Source: Fidelibacterota bacterium (GTDB lineage Bacteria > Fidelibacterota > Marinisomatia > Marinisomatales > JACNKV01). Taken from it: a stretch of DNA of 64,000 nt. The stretch is taken from assembly GCA_014381855.1 (NCBI GenBank), contig JACNKV010000035.1, forward strand, positions 16,080-80,079. The letters are read 5' to 3'. Under the pieces are notes generated by a model. The model saw only the letters and a program-made list of their open reading frames with translations. It was not told the origin of the DNA and searched no databases. Position 1 is the first letter of the stretch; each line of letters starts with the position of its first letter. The translations under genes and the position numbers were made by a program. Shown one piece after another: positions 9,535 through 18,914 of the stretch.

Positions 9535-11897
9535 CGGGTTCCTTTGAAGAAGCCGTACGAATATGGAGGTAATCCCAACATCGTTAGCGAGTCATCAACC
9601 GTAGTATTATATTGATTATTTATTCCTACCCATTTCGTTACTGAGGAGCTGTTCTTGAAGGAAACTGTTTGTTGTTTTGCACTATGATTGAATGCAACAA
9701 GAACGATCTCATCAAAATATATTTTTTCGTATACCATAATGGATTTATCAACCGTTAACAATTGAAAATCGCCTAATGCCAGAGATGGATACATTGCCCG
9801 CAATTTATTTATTTCAGAAAAACGTTTGTGTAGCTTTCGTTCGTGTTTTGTTGTTTTTTCGTTAAACCTCATTGGGCGTCTGTTGCCGGGGTCACCTGAG
9901 CCCATCAATCCAATTTCTTCTCCGTAGTACACGACTGGGATGCCCGGAATAGAAATGTTGAACGCATGAAACGCCACCAGCTTATCATAACTGGAAATAT
10001 GAATTACCGGTTTTGGCGGGTCGGAGAATGTGCGTTCAGTCCCGTTATCACTAAAAGAAACTTGCCCGTCTGCGAGCCCGATAAACCGGAGTTGGTCATG
10101 ATTGGACGTGATATTCCCCATCAGATTTACCGGTTGGTACGTCTTGAAGTTTTCTATCATAACATTCGACAAAAATGAGAAATCTGCTTCTTCTGAAGCA
10201 AACGGTCCGCGGGCATTAAAATAAATTCCAAAATTGAACTGCGCATCTAACTCTGCCGGATTCACATAATCCAGGATGAGTTCATCAGAACCAAATGTTT
10301 CGCCAATTTGGTAAACGTGTTTTTCAGGGAAGCATATTTTCATCTGTGAGGTGAGTTTTTTCCAAAAACTATGTGGCACATGCTTAACGGCATCTTGCCT
10401 GAATCCGTCTAAATTGTATGTGTCTAGCCACCAGCACGCATCGTTGACAACTTGGTCAATTGCTTCCGGCGCGGAAAGATAATCAAAAGACGGAATGAAT
10501 TCATCAAACCATGTTGTCAACCGGGTTTCTTCACTCCAGTTTCGGATATTCATTGAGCCATCGTCCATTTTTACTTTTCCGAACCAGTCTCTGTGCTCAC
10601 TCACATAAGGATGTTCCTGATGAACATGATTACTGACAAAGTCCAAAATGACCTTTATCCCTTTTTGATGAGCAAGATTGACCAATGTTTTTAATTCGGT
10701 ATCTGTTCCGTATCGCGGATCGATTGTGCGCGGAGCAATAGGCCAATATCCGTGGTAGCCGGTAAACTTACGGTTTGGTGGAATCCATTCTGTGTACGCA
10801 CGCTCCGGCTGAAGCTGAACGGGGGAAAGCCAGATTGAGGTAATTCCCAAATCAGAAAAATAGCCTTCTTCAAGTTTTTGGATAATCCCGGCAAAATCAC
10901 CCCCATGAAAATTTGCCAAAGGATGCAGGTTCTCAGCGTCAGCTCGTTGTGTGTTTCCATGATTACCGTCCAAAAAGCGATCAACCATTAAGTTATACAA
11001 GACTGCAAAATGCCAATCATGGGGTAGGTCAGAAGGATGAAGTGGCTTGCCATTTTTTATTATCGTGTGATTTTCGGTAATGGCTCTGCCTTCAGTGTCG
11101 ATTCCGGTAATACGAAGAAGTCCGTTTTCACATTTTGAGATATTAACCATTAAGCTGCCATCCGGTTTTGGATCAAAATCATCGTTATGCAGTACTCGAT
11201 TATTGAAAAGCACAAAGACATCAATCGGGAGTGCTCCATCACTGGGGTAAACAAAATTAAAGTATAGACGAGGTCCGTTTGTCGATGATTTTATCCACTG
11301 CCCCCCCGGTGGTTTTTTGTGAGAGGATAAATCCAAAATGGAATTCCAACCCCCAATATTGTTAGAAATAAAGATTGGATTATCAGGGTCGATCAGCTCT
11401 TGTCCATCCACAACAAATTTGTATTCATGCCGTTCCGGTTTTAGATAAACAATGCGCTCAAGAATCCCGTCTCCATCTGCATCGTGAAGTGGCAATGCAG
11501 TACGCGACCAGTCATTGAATCCGCCCATGACGACAACTAATTGCGATGGTGATTCTGATGCGAACGTAAATGTATGTTTCACCAAGGGTTTTGTCACAAC
11601 AAGAATGTCGTGAGGAATATCATTTGCGATGCAATGTATTTTGGTTAACGAAGGTGTCTTAGGTGTTGACTCTATGTAAAGACTGTCCGAACCCGAAACA
11701 AGCCTTAGGTTTAAATCCCGACTTTCTACCATTGAAATATTTATCGATGAATCTTTTTTATATTTCGCTAAGTCAAATCCTCGAACTTCTCCTTCCCGCA
11801 GGATTAATGTAGGTATTCGCTCAAGCGAAGGATTTTCATCGATACCAGAACAAGAAAGTAAAAGTATCGAAGAAAATAATATGAACCAATTCATCAT
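9531..11897 (-). CDS. GH13 alpha-amylase-family lipoprotein with N-terminal CBM48/E-set-like module
   Basis: Lipobox LLLSC. CBM48-like VVVMGGFNDWSRTALPLHDADGDGILERIVYLKPERHEYKFVVDG. GH13 regions DFVSNHV, GFRQDAVKH, IGETFG and SNHDQ. Confidence 0.88.
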   Translation of the reverse strand: MMNWFILFSSILLLSCSGIDENPSLERIPTLILREGEVRGFDLAKYKKDSSINISMVESRDLNLRLVSGSDSLYIESTPKTPSLTKIHCIANDIPHDILVVTKPLVKHTFTFASESPSQLVVVMGGFNDWSRTALPLHDADGDGILERIVYLKPERHEYKFVVDGQELIDPDNPIFISNNIGGWNSILDLSSHKKPPGGQWIKSSTNGPRLYFNFVYPSDGALPIDVFVLFNNRVLHNDDFDPKPDGSLMVNISKCENGLLRITGIDTEGRAITENHTIIKNGKPLHPSDLPHDWHFAVLYNLMVDRFLDGNHGNTQRADAENLHPLANFHGGDFAGIIQKLEEGYFSDLGITSIWLSPVQLQPERAYTEWIPPNRKFTGYHGYWPIAPRTIDPRYGTDTELKTLVNLAHQKGIKVILDFVSNHVHQEHPYVSEHRDWFGKVKMDDGSMNIRNWSEETRLTTWFDEFIPSFDYLSAPEAIDQVVNDACWWLDTYNLDGFRQDAVKHVPHSFWKKLTSQMKICFPEKHVYQIGETFGSDELILDYVNPAELDAQFNFGIYFNARGPFASEEADFSFLSNVMIENFKTYQPVNLMGNITSNHDQLRFIGLADGQVSFSDNGTERTFSDPPKPVIHISSYDKLVAFHAFNISIPGIPVVYYGEEIGLMGSGDPGNRRPMRFNEKTTKHERKLHKRFSEINKLRAMYPSLALGDFQLLTVDKSIMVYEKIYFDEIVLVAFNHSAKQQTVSFKNSSSVTKWVGINNQYNTTVDDSLTMLGLPPYSYGFFKGTR

Positions 11898-11926
11898 GAT
11901 ATGTATCTCCGTTAGTGTCTAAATTT

Positions 11927-11948
11927 AGTAACTCATAACAGAGTTAAT
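11927..11948. promoter_or_regulatory. candidate operator, copy A of the palindrome GTAACTC-N6-GAGTTAC
   Basis: AGTAACTCATAACAGAGTTAAT lies in the 60-bp divergent gap between the GH13 lipoprotein (-) and the pullulanase (+). Read on the minus strand it is ATTAACTC-TGTTAT-GAGTTACT followed by AAATTTA, 29 nt before the ATG at 11897. Confidence 0.55.
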
Positions 11949-11957
11949 AAGGAAAAT

Positions 11958-13979
11958 ATGACCATGATTACAAAAAATATTTCCAGAGGACTATTCGTCT
12001 CTTCTTTTTTCTTAACCCTTTTTTCCGGATGCAATAAAATGGAAAATACACATCTTTCTTACGGTGCGTTTGTCGATAATAACGGGGCAGAGTTTCGTCT
12101 CTTAGCACCAAAAGCTGAAAAAGTGTACTTAGTTATCTTTGAAAAATACACTGATAAAACCGGTAAAGAATATCTGATGAATAAAACAGAAGAGGGTGTC
12201 TGGCATCAGAGAATAGAAAACACAGGATACGGTACTCTGTACGGATATCGGCTGGAAGGTGAGTATCCGGGAAACAATCCAAGCGTCATCGTTGCGGATC
12301 CATATTCCAAAGCTGCCGTAACACAAAATACGTACAGTCACGTGGCAAAATCCCTCGTAATAAATACGTCTTATGATTGGGAAGGTGATCAATGGATGGC
12401 GATTGATGGGAGAGATTTAATCATCTATGAAATGCATGTCAGGGATATGACTGCTCATTCCAGTGCAGAATCTAAATTGCCGGGCAGCTATCGTGGTTTA
12501 ATCGATTCGGCGCAGAAAGGTGGAATTGCCCATCTTAAGGATATGGGTATCAATGCCGTTCAGATTCTCCCGGTGCAAGATTTTGCGAATGTTGAAGTCC
12601 CGTACAAAGATGACACGACGCCAGTTTACAACACGTGGAATCCGTATGCACGAAATCATTGGGGATACATGACGACATTTTTCTTCGCCCCGGAAACGTA
12701 CTATGCCACAGATGGAACAAACGCCCCCGGTGAATGGAATGGCACAGACGGTCGTGCTGTGAAAGAGTTTAAGGATGTTGTAAAAGCGTTACACCGTGAA
12801 GACATTGCCGTAATAATGGACGTTGTGTATAACCACGTGTCGAATTATGACTTTCATCCCTTCAAATATATCGACAGAGAAATGTATTTTCGATTGGATA
12901 AAGAAGGAAATTACATCGCTCACAGTGGTTGCGGGAATGACACTCAAACCGAACATCCTGCCATGCGGCAACTCATATTAGAAAGCGTAAAATACTGGAT
13001 GATGGAATATCACATTGACGGATTTCGGTTTGACCTCGGAAATTTGATTGATGCCAAAACGCGTGATCTAATCATCGCAGAATTGAAAACTATCAATCCC
13101 AATGTGATTATTCTTGCAGAACCATGGGGTAACGGATATGACCCTTCAGGATTTTCGGATATGGGTTGGGCATCATTCAACGACCAATTCAGAAATGGTG
13201 TAAAAGGGCAAAATCCAAAAGACGCACTTGGCTTCATCTTTGGAAAATGGCAGGGTGATAATTCAAGGAAGAGCCTGCGGCGATTTGTTACAGGCTCCTT
13301 GCGGAAGAGTGGAGGGCAATATGTCGAGACAGCTCACAGTGTCAATTATTTGGAAAGTCATGACGACCATACATTTGGCGATTTTATCCGCATCGGCACG
13401 AACCAAGTAAAAAACGGTGAACCAATAAAGAGTCGCGAACAAAATGCTCAAATAACAGGAAAGCAATTGGCGATGAATAAACTTGGAGCGTTATACTTGC
13501 TCACCAGTCAGGGGATTACATTCATTCATCAAGGGCAAGAGTGGGGGCGTAGTAAGATTATTGCCAAAACGGATGTGCCGGATACCCATGTCGGGCAGAT
13601 TGACCATAATTCCTACGAAAAGGACAATGAAACTAACTGGCTGAATTGGAATGAAAAAGATACGAATAGGGAATTGGTTGATTACTATCGCGGGTTAATT
13701 CAACTTCGAAAAATTACTTCCGAATTCAGAAATTCTACACCGGAAGATTTCACGTTTTTACCGATGGCAAATAATGTAGCAGTGGGATATTTATTAGCCG
13801 ATAAATTTCTTGTCTATATGAATGGCGATCAAGAAGCTCCATTGAAAATAGCCTTACCAAAAGGTGATTGGAAAATATTAGTGGATGAACATCGTGTAAA
13901 AAGTGACAGTGATATTATTATCAACCATACACTATCGATTCCACCAATAAGCGGAGTTATTCTGAAGAAAATGGATTAA
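11958..13979 (+). CDS. pulA: type I pullulanase-like GH13 lipoprotein
   Basis: Lipobox LFSGC. CBM48-like N-domain (GAEFRLLAPKAEKVYLVIF). Motifs NHWGYMTTFFFAPE, MDVVYNHV, GFRFDLGNL, LAEPWG and YLESHDDHT. Confidence 0.85.
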   Translation: MTMITKNISRGLFVSSFFLTLFSGCNKMENTHLSYGAFVDNNGAEFRLLAPKAEKVYLVIFEKYTDKTGKEYLMNKTEEGVWHQRIENTGYGTLYGYRLEGEYPGNNPSVIVADPYSKAAVTQNTYSHVAKSLVINTSYDWEGDQWMAIDGRDLIIYEMHVRDMTAHSSAESKLPGSYRGLIDSAQKGGIAHLKDMGINAVQILPVQDFANVEVPYKDDTTPVYNTWNPYARNHWGYMTTFFFAPETYYATDGTNAPGEWNGTDGRAVKEFKDVVKALHREDIAVIMDVVYNHVSNYDFHPFKYIDREMYFRLDKEGNYIAHSGCGNDTQTEHPAMRQLILESVKYWMMEYHIDGFRFDLGNLIDAKTRDLIIAELKTINPNVIILAEPWGNGYDPSGFSDMGWASFNDQFRNGVKGQNPKDALGFIFGKWQGDNSRKSLRRFVTGSLRKSGGQYVETAHSVNYLESHDDHTFGDFIRIGTNQVKNGEPIKSREQNAQITGKQLAMNKLGALYLLTSQGITFIHQGQEWGRSKIIAKTDVPDTHVGQIDHNSYEKDNETNWLNWNEKDTNRELVDYYRGLIQLRKITSEFRNSTPEDFTFLPMANNVAVGYLLADKFLVYMNGDQEAPLKIALPKGDWKILVDEHRVKSDSDIIINHTLSIPPISGVILKKMD

Positions 13980-13981
13980 GC

Positions 13982-16900
13982 TTATTTCAGTAGAATAAGT
14001 TTTCGCACGGAATGTTGATTCCCGCGCGTCAATCTACTAAAATACACCCCGCTTGAAAATCCTGTCGCATCCCATATTACGGAGTGATGACCGGGCTCAA
14101 GTTTTTCATTCACCAATGTTTCTACTAACCGTCCGGTGAGGTCATACACCATTAGAGACGTTGCCCCGTTCTTATCGGGATCTCCGACACGCAACGTCTC
14201 TACGTTGTTTTGATGTATCGAAAACGAAATCGTCGTCGTTGGATTGAATGGGTTAGGATAATTTGGTTCGAGGCTAAATTCAGTTGGATGAATATTCTCC
14301 AAGTCATCAACAGCTAAATCTTCCCAGTTTTTATAGTTTGTGTACACTCGAGCAGTCGAAGCCGGAATTTCATAATTTACATAATTACCATCATCAATAT
14401 GGAGGGATTCATCTTGTGTGAATTCGAACCAATCACCTGAATAAGGAAACGCAAGGTTAGAGATAGTCTGATCAGAACTGTTGAAATTCATGACAATAAA
14501 TACGGTTTGTCCAAGGGAGTCATCATGCCGTTTCACTGCAATGACTTTTTGTGAATTACCGGTAAGTGTAGTTTCAAAATTTGGTCCGCGAATTACGTCC
14601 CAATTATTCCGGAGCCAGATTATCCGTTTGTATAGGGTGAAAATGTCATTTCCCCAGTCAGAGTTCAACTTTTCCCACTGCAGAGGTTGTGGAATGATAT
14701 GTCCGCTTGGATCACGGCTCGTTCCATTCTGCCCGAATTCCTGACCGTGGTACAGCATTGGAGTTCCTGTCCCTGTGAACAAGGCAACCGCACCAAGTTT
14801 TGATTTTAATGCAGCTTCGTTGATTGTCATTCCTTGATAGTGAGTTGCTTCATAAATTAATCGTGGTTCATCATGGCTTACGGTATAATTTAATGGACCG
14901 GTATGCGTTGAATAACTTTGGCTCCACCACTGTAAATGGTTTTGTAAATTGTACATACTCAAATAGATTTCCATAAGATTATCAAAAATTGTATGATGGT
15001 AAGAATAATCCCAGCCGGAATCAAAATCAGTAGTGTTAATTTTACTTGGATTATCTTCTTCGGCTATCAAAATGATGGTGGGGTCAATGTCATCCAGTAA
15101 GTCAGCATAATATGAAGCTCCGTTTGAGTCCCCGCCCCAACCCATTCCTGCAGTATGGTCGAAGCGAAAACCGTCCATGTGATAATCATTTACCCATGTG
15201 AGAAGTACATCTGAAATATGTTTCCAAGAACGATACGAACGTCCGTTTACCTCATGCCAATGTTCAAGTTTATATCCCCATTGAGATTCTTGATTGTGAA
15301 AATACGGACATTGGTCGTAGTTGTGATCCTCAAAATCATAGTTATCAATAGGTTGGTAAAGCTGAAACAGAGGGGCTGATCCCCACAGATGATTGAAAAC
15401 CACATCCATCAGTACTGCAATTCCGTGCTGATGAGCGGTATTGACAAGATTTTTTAATTCCTCCGGTGTACCGTAAGTAGATTCCGGAGCCATGTAAAAT
15501 GTGGGGTTGTATCCCCATGAATTACTTCCCTCAAACTCATTTACCGGCATAAGTTCAATCGCAGTAATTCCCAGCTCGGTGAAATATCCATCGTTCAATT
15601 TCTGGATGATATCTTGATAAGTCCCAATTTCACCATCCACTCCATGGAAATCCCCCACATGAAGTTCATAAACTAAGACATCCTGTTGAGCCGGTCGATT
15701 GAAGTTATTGTCAGTCCAATAATATGGAACGGCACCTACTTCAAATACTGTTTTGGCATGTTGATAATTACCACTTTCCCAGCCACCACCCGGGTCTACC
15801 CATGTTACATCTTTAGACCACGGATCTGCGATGGTTTTTTCACCGTCCAAATTATATTGATACGAATAAACTCCGTCAGGCAATTCTGTTTGATACCACC
15901 AGAGTGTATCCCCGGAAAGTTTCATTAACTCCCCGTTTGGATGTTCCATATTCCAGCTTCCTTTAATCGCAACAAAACTTTTATATGGAGCAAAAAGTGT
16001 TACCGTTACTATATTCCCGTTGATGTTTACTCCATCAGAAACTCCAGATGGGACAGGCTCTTCTACAATCTCGTGTAGGATATTTACATGTCTGAATAAA
16101 TAGGTTACGGTACCACCTGATCCGTGCGCAATTGCAAAGATAGTTGCATTCCCAAATTCTGACGATTCTGGTGTCCATGATTCCTCAAACGGAGAGGAAT
16201 TATCTGAACCTAAGTTGTCACCGTTTGCCCAAAATTCCACAGATTCAGCGTCCCCTGTTACTGCGATATTAATCGTCCCGTTTACATTTTCGCCTTCATT
16301 GGGAGTCGGTTCTATAAAAAACACATAAGGATCACCGGGCGAGTAATCATAGTCGATATAAATATCGTAATACATAACCTGCCCATTCGTCCCGACATCC
16401 CAGTTGCCGTCATCCCAGCGAATCTTAAATTTAATCGATTGTACGACTTGCTCACCGGAGAGAAATGGACCTAGGTCAATCATGAGACTGTTCAAACCAT
16501 TATCTTCTAAAGGGGAAAAAACCAACCCGTCCTCGAGATAGGAATCCGCCGGCCAATAATCCTGAATAGGAGGGACATGCCCATATCCCTCATCGACTGT
16601 CCATGCAATTTTACCGCCTTGAGTGACATTGTTTAAGACAATCGTAACGGATTCTTCAGGACCGGGATGGTAGGGTGTCCAATAGTAGTTCAGACTGATA
16701 TGCCAGTCAATTCCTATCCCGCCGTTATTATCCCAGTTACCTTGCAGATCGGTGAATACAAAATCAATGGTTTCTGCATTTTGCGGAATAGCGTAAATGT
16801 ACTTCCACCAACCAGCACCAATATCGGGAGCTAGATTCATCGTGTAATCATTGGTGTTTTCCCAACCATTGTAGCCTAAATGTATGTAAACCGGATTAGT

Positions 16901-17044
16901 GTCATCAGGCAGTGTTCCGTCAACAACATTGTAGTAGATTGTAATATCACCGCCCGGCACCGGGATTTCGGGTTCCCAAAACACCCTGTCCTGCGCCCAT
17001 ATCTGCGAGAGTAAAATTATCAGTGGAAATAATTTGCACTTCAT
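13982..17044 (-). CDS. large secreted GH13 enzyme with CBM25/53-like and CBM48-like modules and T9SS CTD
   Basis: N-terminal starch-binding-like module ending FVFTDLQGNWDNNGG. CBM48-like VTLFAPYKSFVAIKGSWN. Catalytic SWGYNPTFYMAPE, MDVVFNHL, GFRFDHTAG, IAEEDN and VSHDEPR. CTD runs YPNPFNPTTTISF..GVYFSRL..RKLILLK. Confidence 0.88.
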   Translation of the reverse strand: MKCKLFPLIILLSQIWAQDRVFWEPEIPVPGGDITIYYNVVDGTLPDDTNPVYIHLGYNGWENTNDYTMNLAPDIGAGWWKYIYAIPQNAETIDFVFTDLQGNWDNNGGIGIDWHISLNYYWTPYHPGPEESVTIVLNNVTQGGKIAWTVDEGYGHVPPIQDYWPADSYLEDGLVFSPLEDNGLNSLMIDLGPFLSGEQVVQSIKFKIRWDDGNWDVGTNGQVMYYDIYIDYDYSPGDPYVFFIEPTPNEGENVNGTINIAVTGDAESVEFWANGDNLGSDNSSPFEESWTPESSEFGNATIFAIAHGSGGTVTYLFRHVNILHEIVEEPVPSGVSDGVNINGNIVTVTLFAPYKSFVAIKGSWNMEHPNGELMKLSGDTLWWYQTELPDGVYSYQYNLDGEKTIADPWSKDVTWVDPGGGWESGNYQHAKTVFEVGAVPYYWTDNNFNRPAQQDVLVYELHVGDFHGVDGEIGTYQDIIQKLNDGYFTELGITAIELMPVNEFEGSNSWGYNPTFYMAPESTYGTPEELKNLVNTAHQHGIAVLMDVVFNHLWGSAPLFQLYQPIDNYDFEDHNYDQCPYFHNQESQWGYKLEHWHEVNGRSYRSWKHISDVLLTWVNDYHMDGFRFDHTAGMGWGGDSNGASYYADLLDDIDPTIILIAEEDNPSKINTTDFDSGWDYSYHHTIFDNLMEIYLSMYNLQNHLQWWSQSYSTHTGPLNYTVSHDEPRLIYEATHYQGMTINEAALKSKLGAVALFTGTGTPMLYHGQEFGQNGTSRDPSGHIIPQPLQWEKLNSDWGNDIFTLYKRIIWLRNNWDVIRGPNFETTLTGNSQKVIAVKRHDDSLGQTVFIVMNFNSSDQTISNLAFPYSGDWFEFTQDESLHIDDGNYVNYEIPASTARVYTNYKNWEDLAVDDLENIHPTEFSLEPNYPNPFNPTTTISFSIHQNNVETLRVGDPDKNGATSLMVYDLTGRLVETLVNEKLEPGHHSVIWDATGFSSGVYFSRLTRGNQHSVRKLILLK

Positions 17045-17047
17045 TTT

Positions 17048-18859
17048 TTATTCCTCAATATTTACGGTTGTTGAAAGGTGTTTAAACCAAGTGAAATATA
17101 GCGCTACCGACAGTATTACCAGTGTGATGCCAAGCACAGCGACATTGCCCCATGTTTTGAATATCAGACTCATCATGAAAAGGAAGAAAACCACCTGCCA
17201 CGGTACCGCCAGGAATGTTGAAAATATATCCCTGCGGTTTTCAGCATCGATGTCAGCAATATCTTTACTGGATAACTGTGCCTTAAACCTGCCCCATGAC
17301 CCAAACGGTCTTGTATTGCGATAGAAGCGTGAGAGTGTTTCATCATCAGTCGGTTCTGTCAGCAGTGTACCCATTATCGTTCCCATGAGCGAGAACCCGG
17401 TTGCAACGGTGAACATTGTGTATTCAGTAACACCTTCAGGAGCAATTGCCTTGAAAATGATTGCAGAAGCCATCCCTGCAAAAGTACCCCAGACAAACCC
17501 CCAGCCATTCATTCGACTCCAGTACCAACGAAGTAACATTGGAATTAGGAGTCCTGAGCCGATACTCATTGTAATCCAGCCCCAGATAGAATTGATATTT
17601 TTGAAGACCAGCATAAGTCCTAGCCCAGCTAAGACAATCAGAACAGAAGCCATGTAACTATGGAGCATCATTTTCTTTTCCGTAGCTTTAGGATTAATGT
17701 ACAGCTTGTAAATATCTTTCACCCAGTAAGCGGCACCGGCGTTTACAGTCGAGTCAAATGTTGACATTCCGGCTGCCATCAGTCCGGCAATTAAAAAGCC
17801 TTTAATGCCGACGGGCAATGTTTCTACCACGGCTGGCAGAACAAGCTCGGGATCTGTTATTTGTGTTCCCAAGGATATGCCAATAACGGCAATTGCCCCG
17901 ATAAACACCCATCGGAAGGAAAGCAAGAACACCCAAAATGCACTTAACAATCCGGCTTCTCGGTCATCTTTTGCGGCGAAGAAACGCTGAAGCATATAGT
18001 TTCCTGTTCCTCCTGAGCCTTCAAGTATCACCTTCATCAAGTAAAACATAATTGCTACTCCGAATAAATTATAAATGGAATACTGTGAATATTGATCTAT
18101 GGATAGGTTTGATGATGGCCAAATACTCGTCCATTCTTTGAGTGTTGTCGAGAATCGATGAAATCCTCCGCCAGCACTTTCCATCATCGGAAGTGAAATT
18201 GTAAATTCATCCGGAAGTGTAATCCCATACGCTTTTACAGCCATGTATGCAATCGCAGAAAAGATTAGAAAGCCTTGAAATACGTCCGTCCACACAACAC
18301 CGTACAAACCGGAAGCAACGGTATAAATCATGGCAACGGAAATTAACAGCGTGGCTGCCCAGAATTCAGATGGCAGTCCAAGATAATTTTCGATACCAAG
18401 AAATGTGTCCAGGAATTTTCCACCGCCAAGAGCAAAATATGTAACCATCGCAATAGTCATAATGATGGAGGATATCGCCGCCACAAGACGTGCAGCTCGT
18501 CCCTGAGTCTCTTTTCCGAAGCGTAGTTCCATCCATTCGGCTAGAGTCATCGCGCCGGAACGCCGGTTCCATTTCCCCATGTAGATCATAAGAAACGCCA
18601 TGATTAGAGTTACACCGCCGCGGATTTCGATGTAAAATCCCTTGGCACCGAGCGCATAGATCAATGCGGCAATAATCATCGTTCCGCTAATATCCAAATT
18701 AGATGACATTCCGGATGAAGCTAATGCCCACCAAGGAAGGTTGCGGTTGCCTAAAAAATAGGAATCAATTCCGCGTGAAGCTTTCCGTTGCATATATAAT
18801 CCGATAAAGACAATAGCAGTTAAATAAACTCCGATTATGGTAAAATCAATTGGGCTCAT
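17048..18859 (-). CDS. sodium:solute symporter (SSS) family transporter
   Basis: 603 aa and polytopic. N-terminus IIGVYLTAIVFIGLYMQRKASRGIDSYFLGNRNLPWWALASSGMSSNL is typical of the SSS family. It is embedded in the alpha-glucan operon. Confidence 0.85.
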   Translation of the reverse strand: MSPIDFTIIGVYLTAIVFIGLYMQRKASRGIDSYFLGNRNLPWWALASSGMSSNLDISGTMIIAALIYALGAKGFYIEIRGGVTLIMAFLMIYMGKWNRRSGAMTLAEWMELRFGKETQGRAARLVAAISSIIMTIAMVTYFALGGGKFLDTFLGIENYLGLPSEFWAATLLISVAMIYTVASGLYGVVWTDVFQGFLIFSAIAYMAVKAYGITLPDEFTISLPMMESAGGGFHRFSTTLKEWTSIWPSSNLSIDQYSQYSIYNLFGVAIMFYLMKVILEGSGGTGNYMLQRFFAAKDDREAGLLSAFWVFLLSFRWVFIGAIAVIGISLGTQITDPELVLPAVVETLPVGIKGFLIAGLMAAGMSTFDSTVNAGAAYWVKDIYKLYINPKATEKKMMLHSYMASVLIVLAGLGLMLVFKNINSIWGWITMSIGSGLLIPMLLRWYWSRMNGWGFVWGTFAGMASAIIFKAIAPEGVTEYTMFTVATGFSLMGTIMGTLLTEPTDDETLSRFYRNTRPFGSWGRFKAQLSSKDIADIDAENRRDIFSTFLAVPWQVVFFLFMMSLIFKTWGNVAVLGITLVILSVALYFTWFKHLSTTVNIEE

Positions 18860-18914
18860 GATATTTCCTTTTTATTAAGTGTTAGTGTGTTAAAATGTTC
18901 ATGTGTGAAGTGTT

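Noticed and set aside
18860-18914. GT-rich 55-bp gap (agtgttagtgtgttaaaatgttcatgtgtgaagtgttc) between the GH13-HAD fusion and the SSS transporter as an internal promoter or operator
   Set aside because: It has imperfect GTGTTA/GTGTGA reiterations only. There is no palindrome, no match to the locus operator and no TAnnTTTG box. Evidence is insufficient to call a feature.
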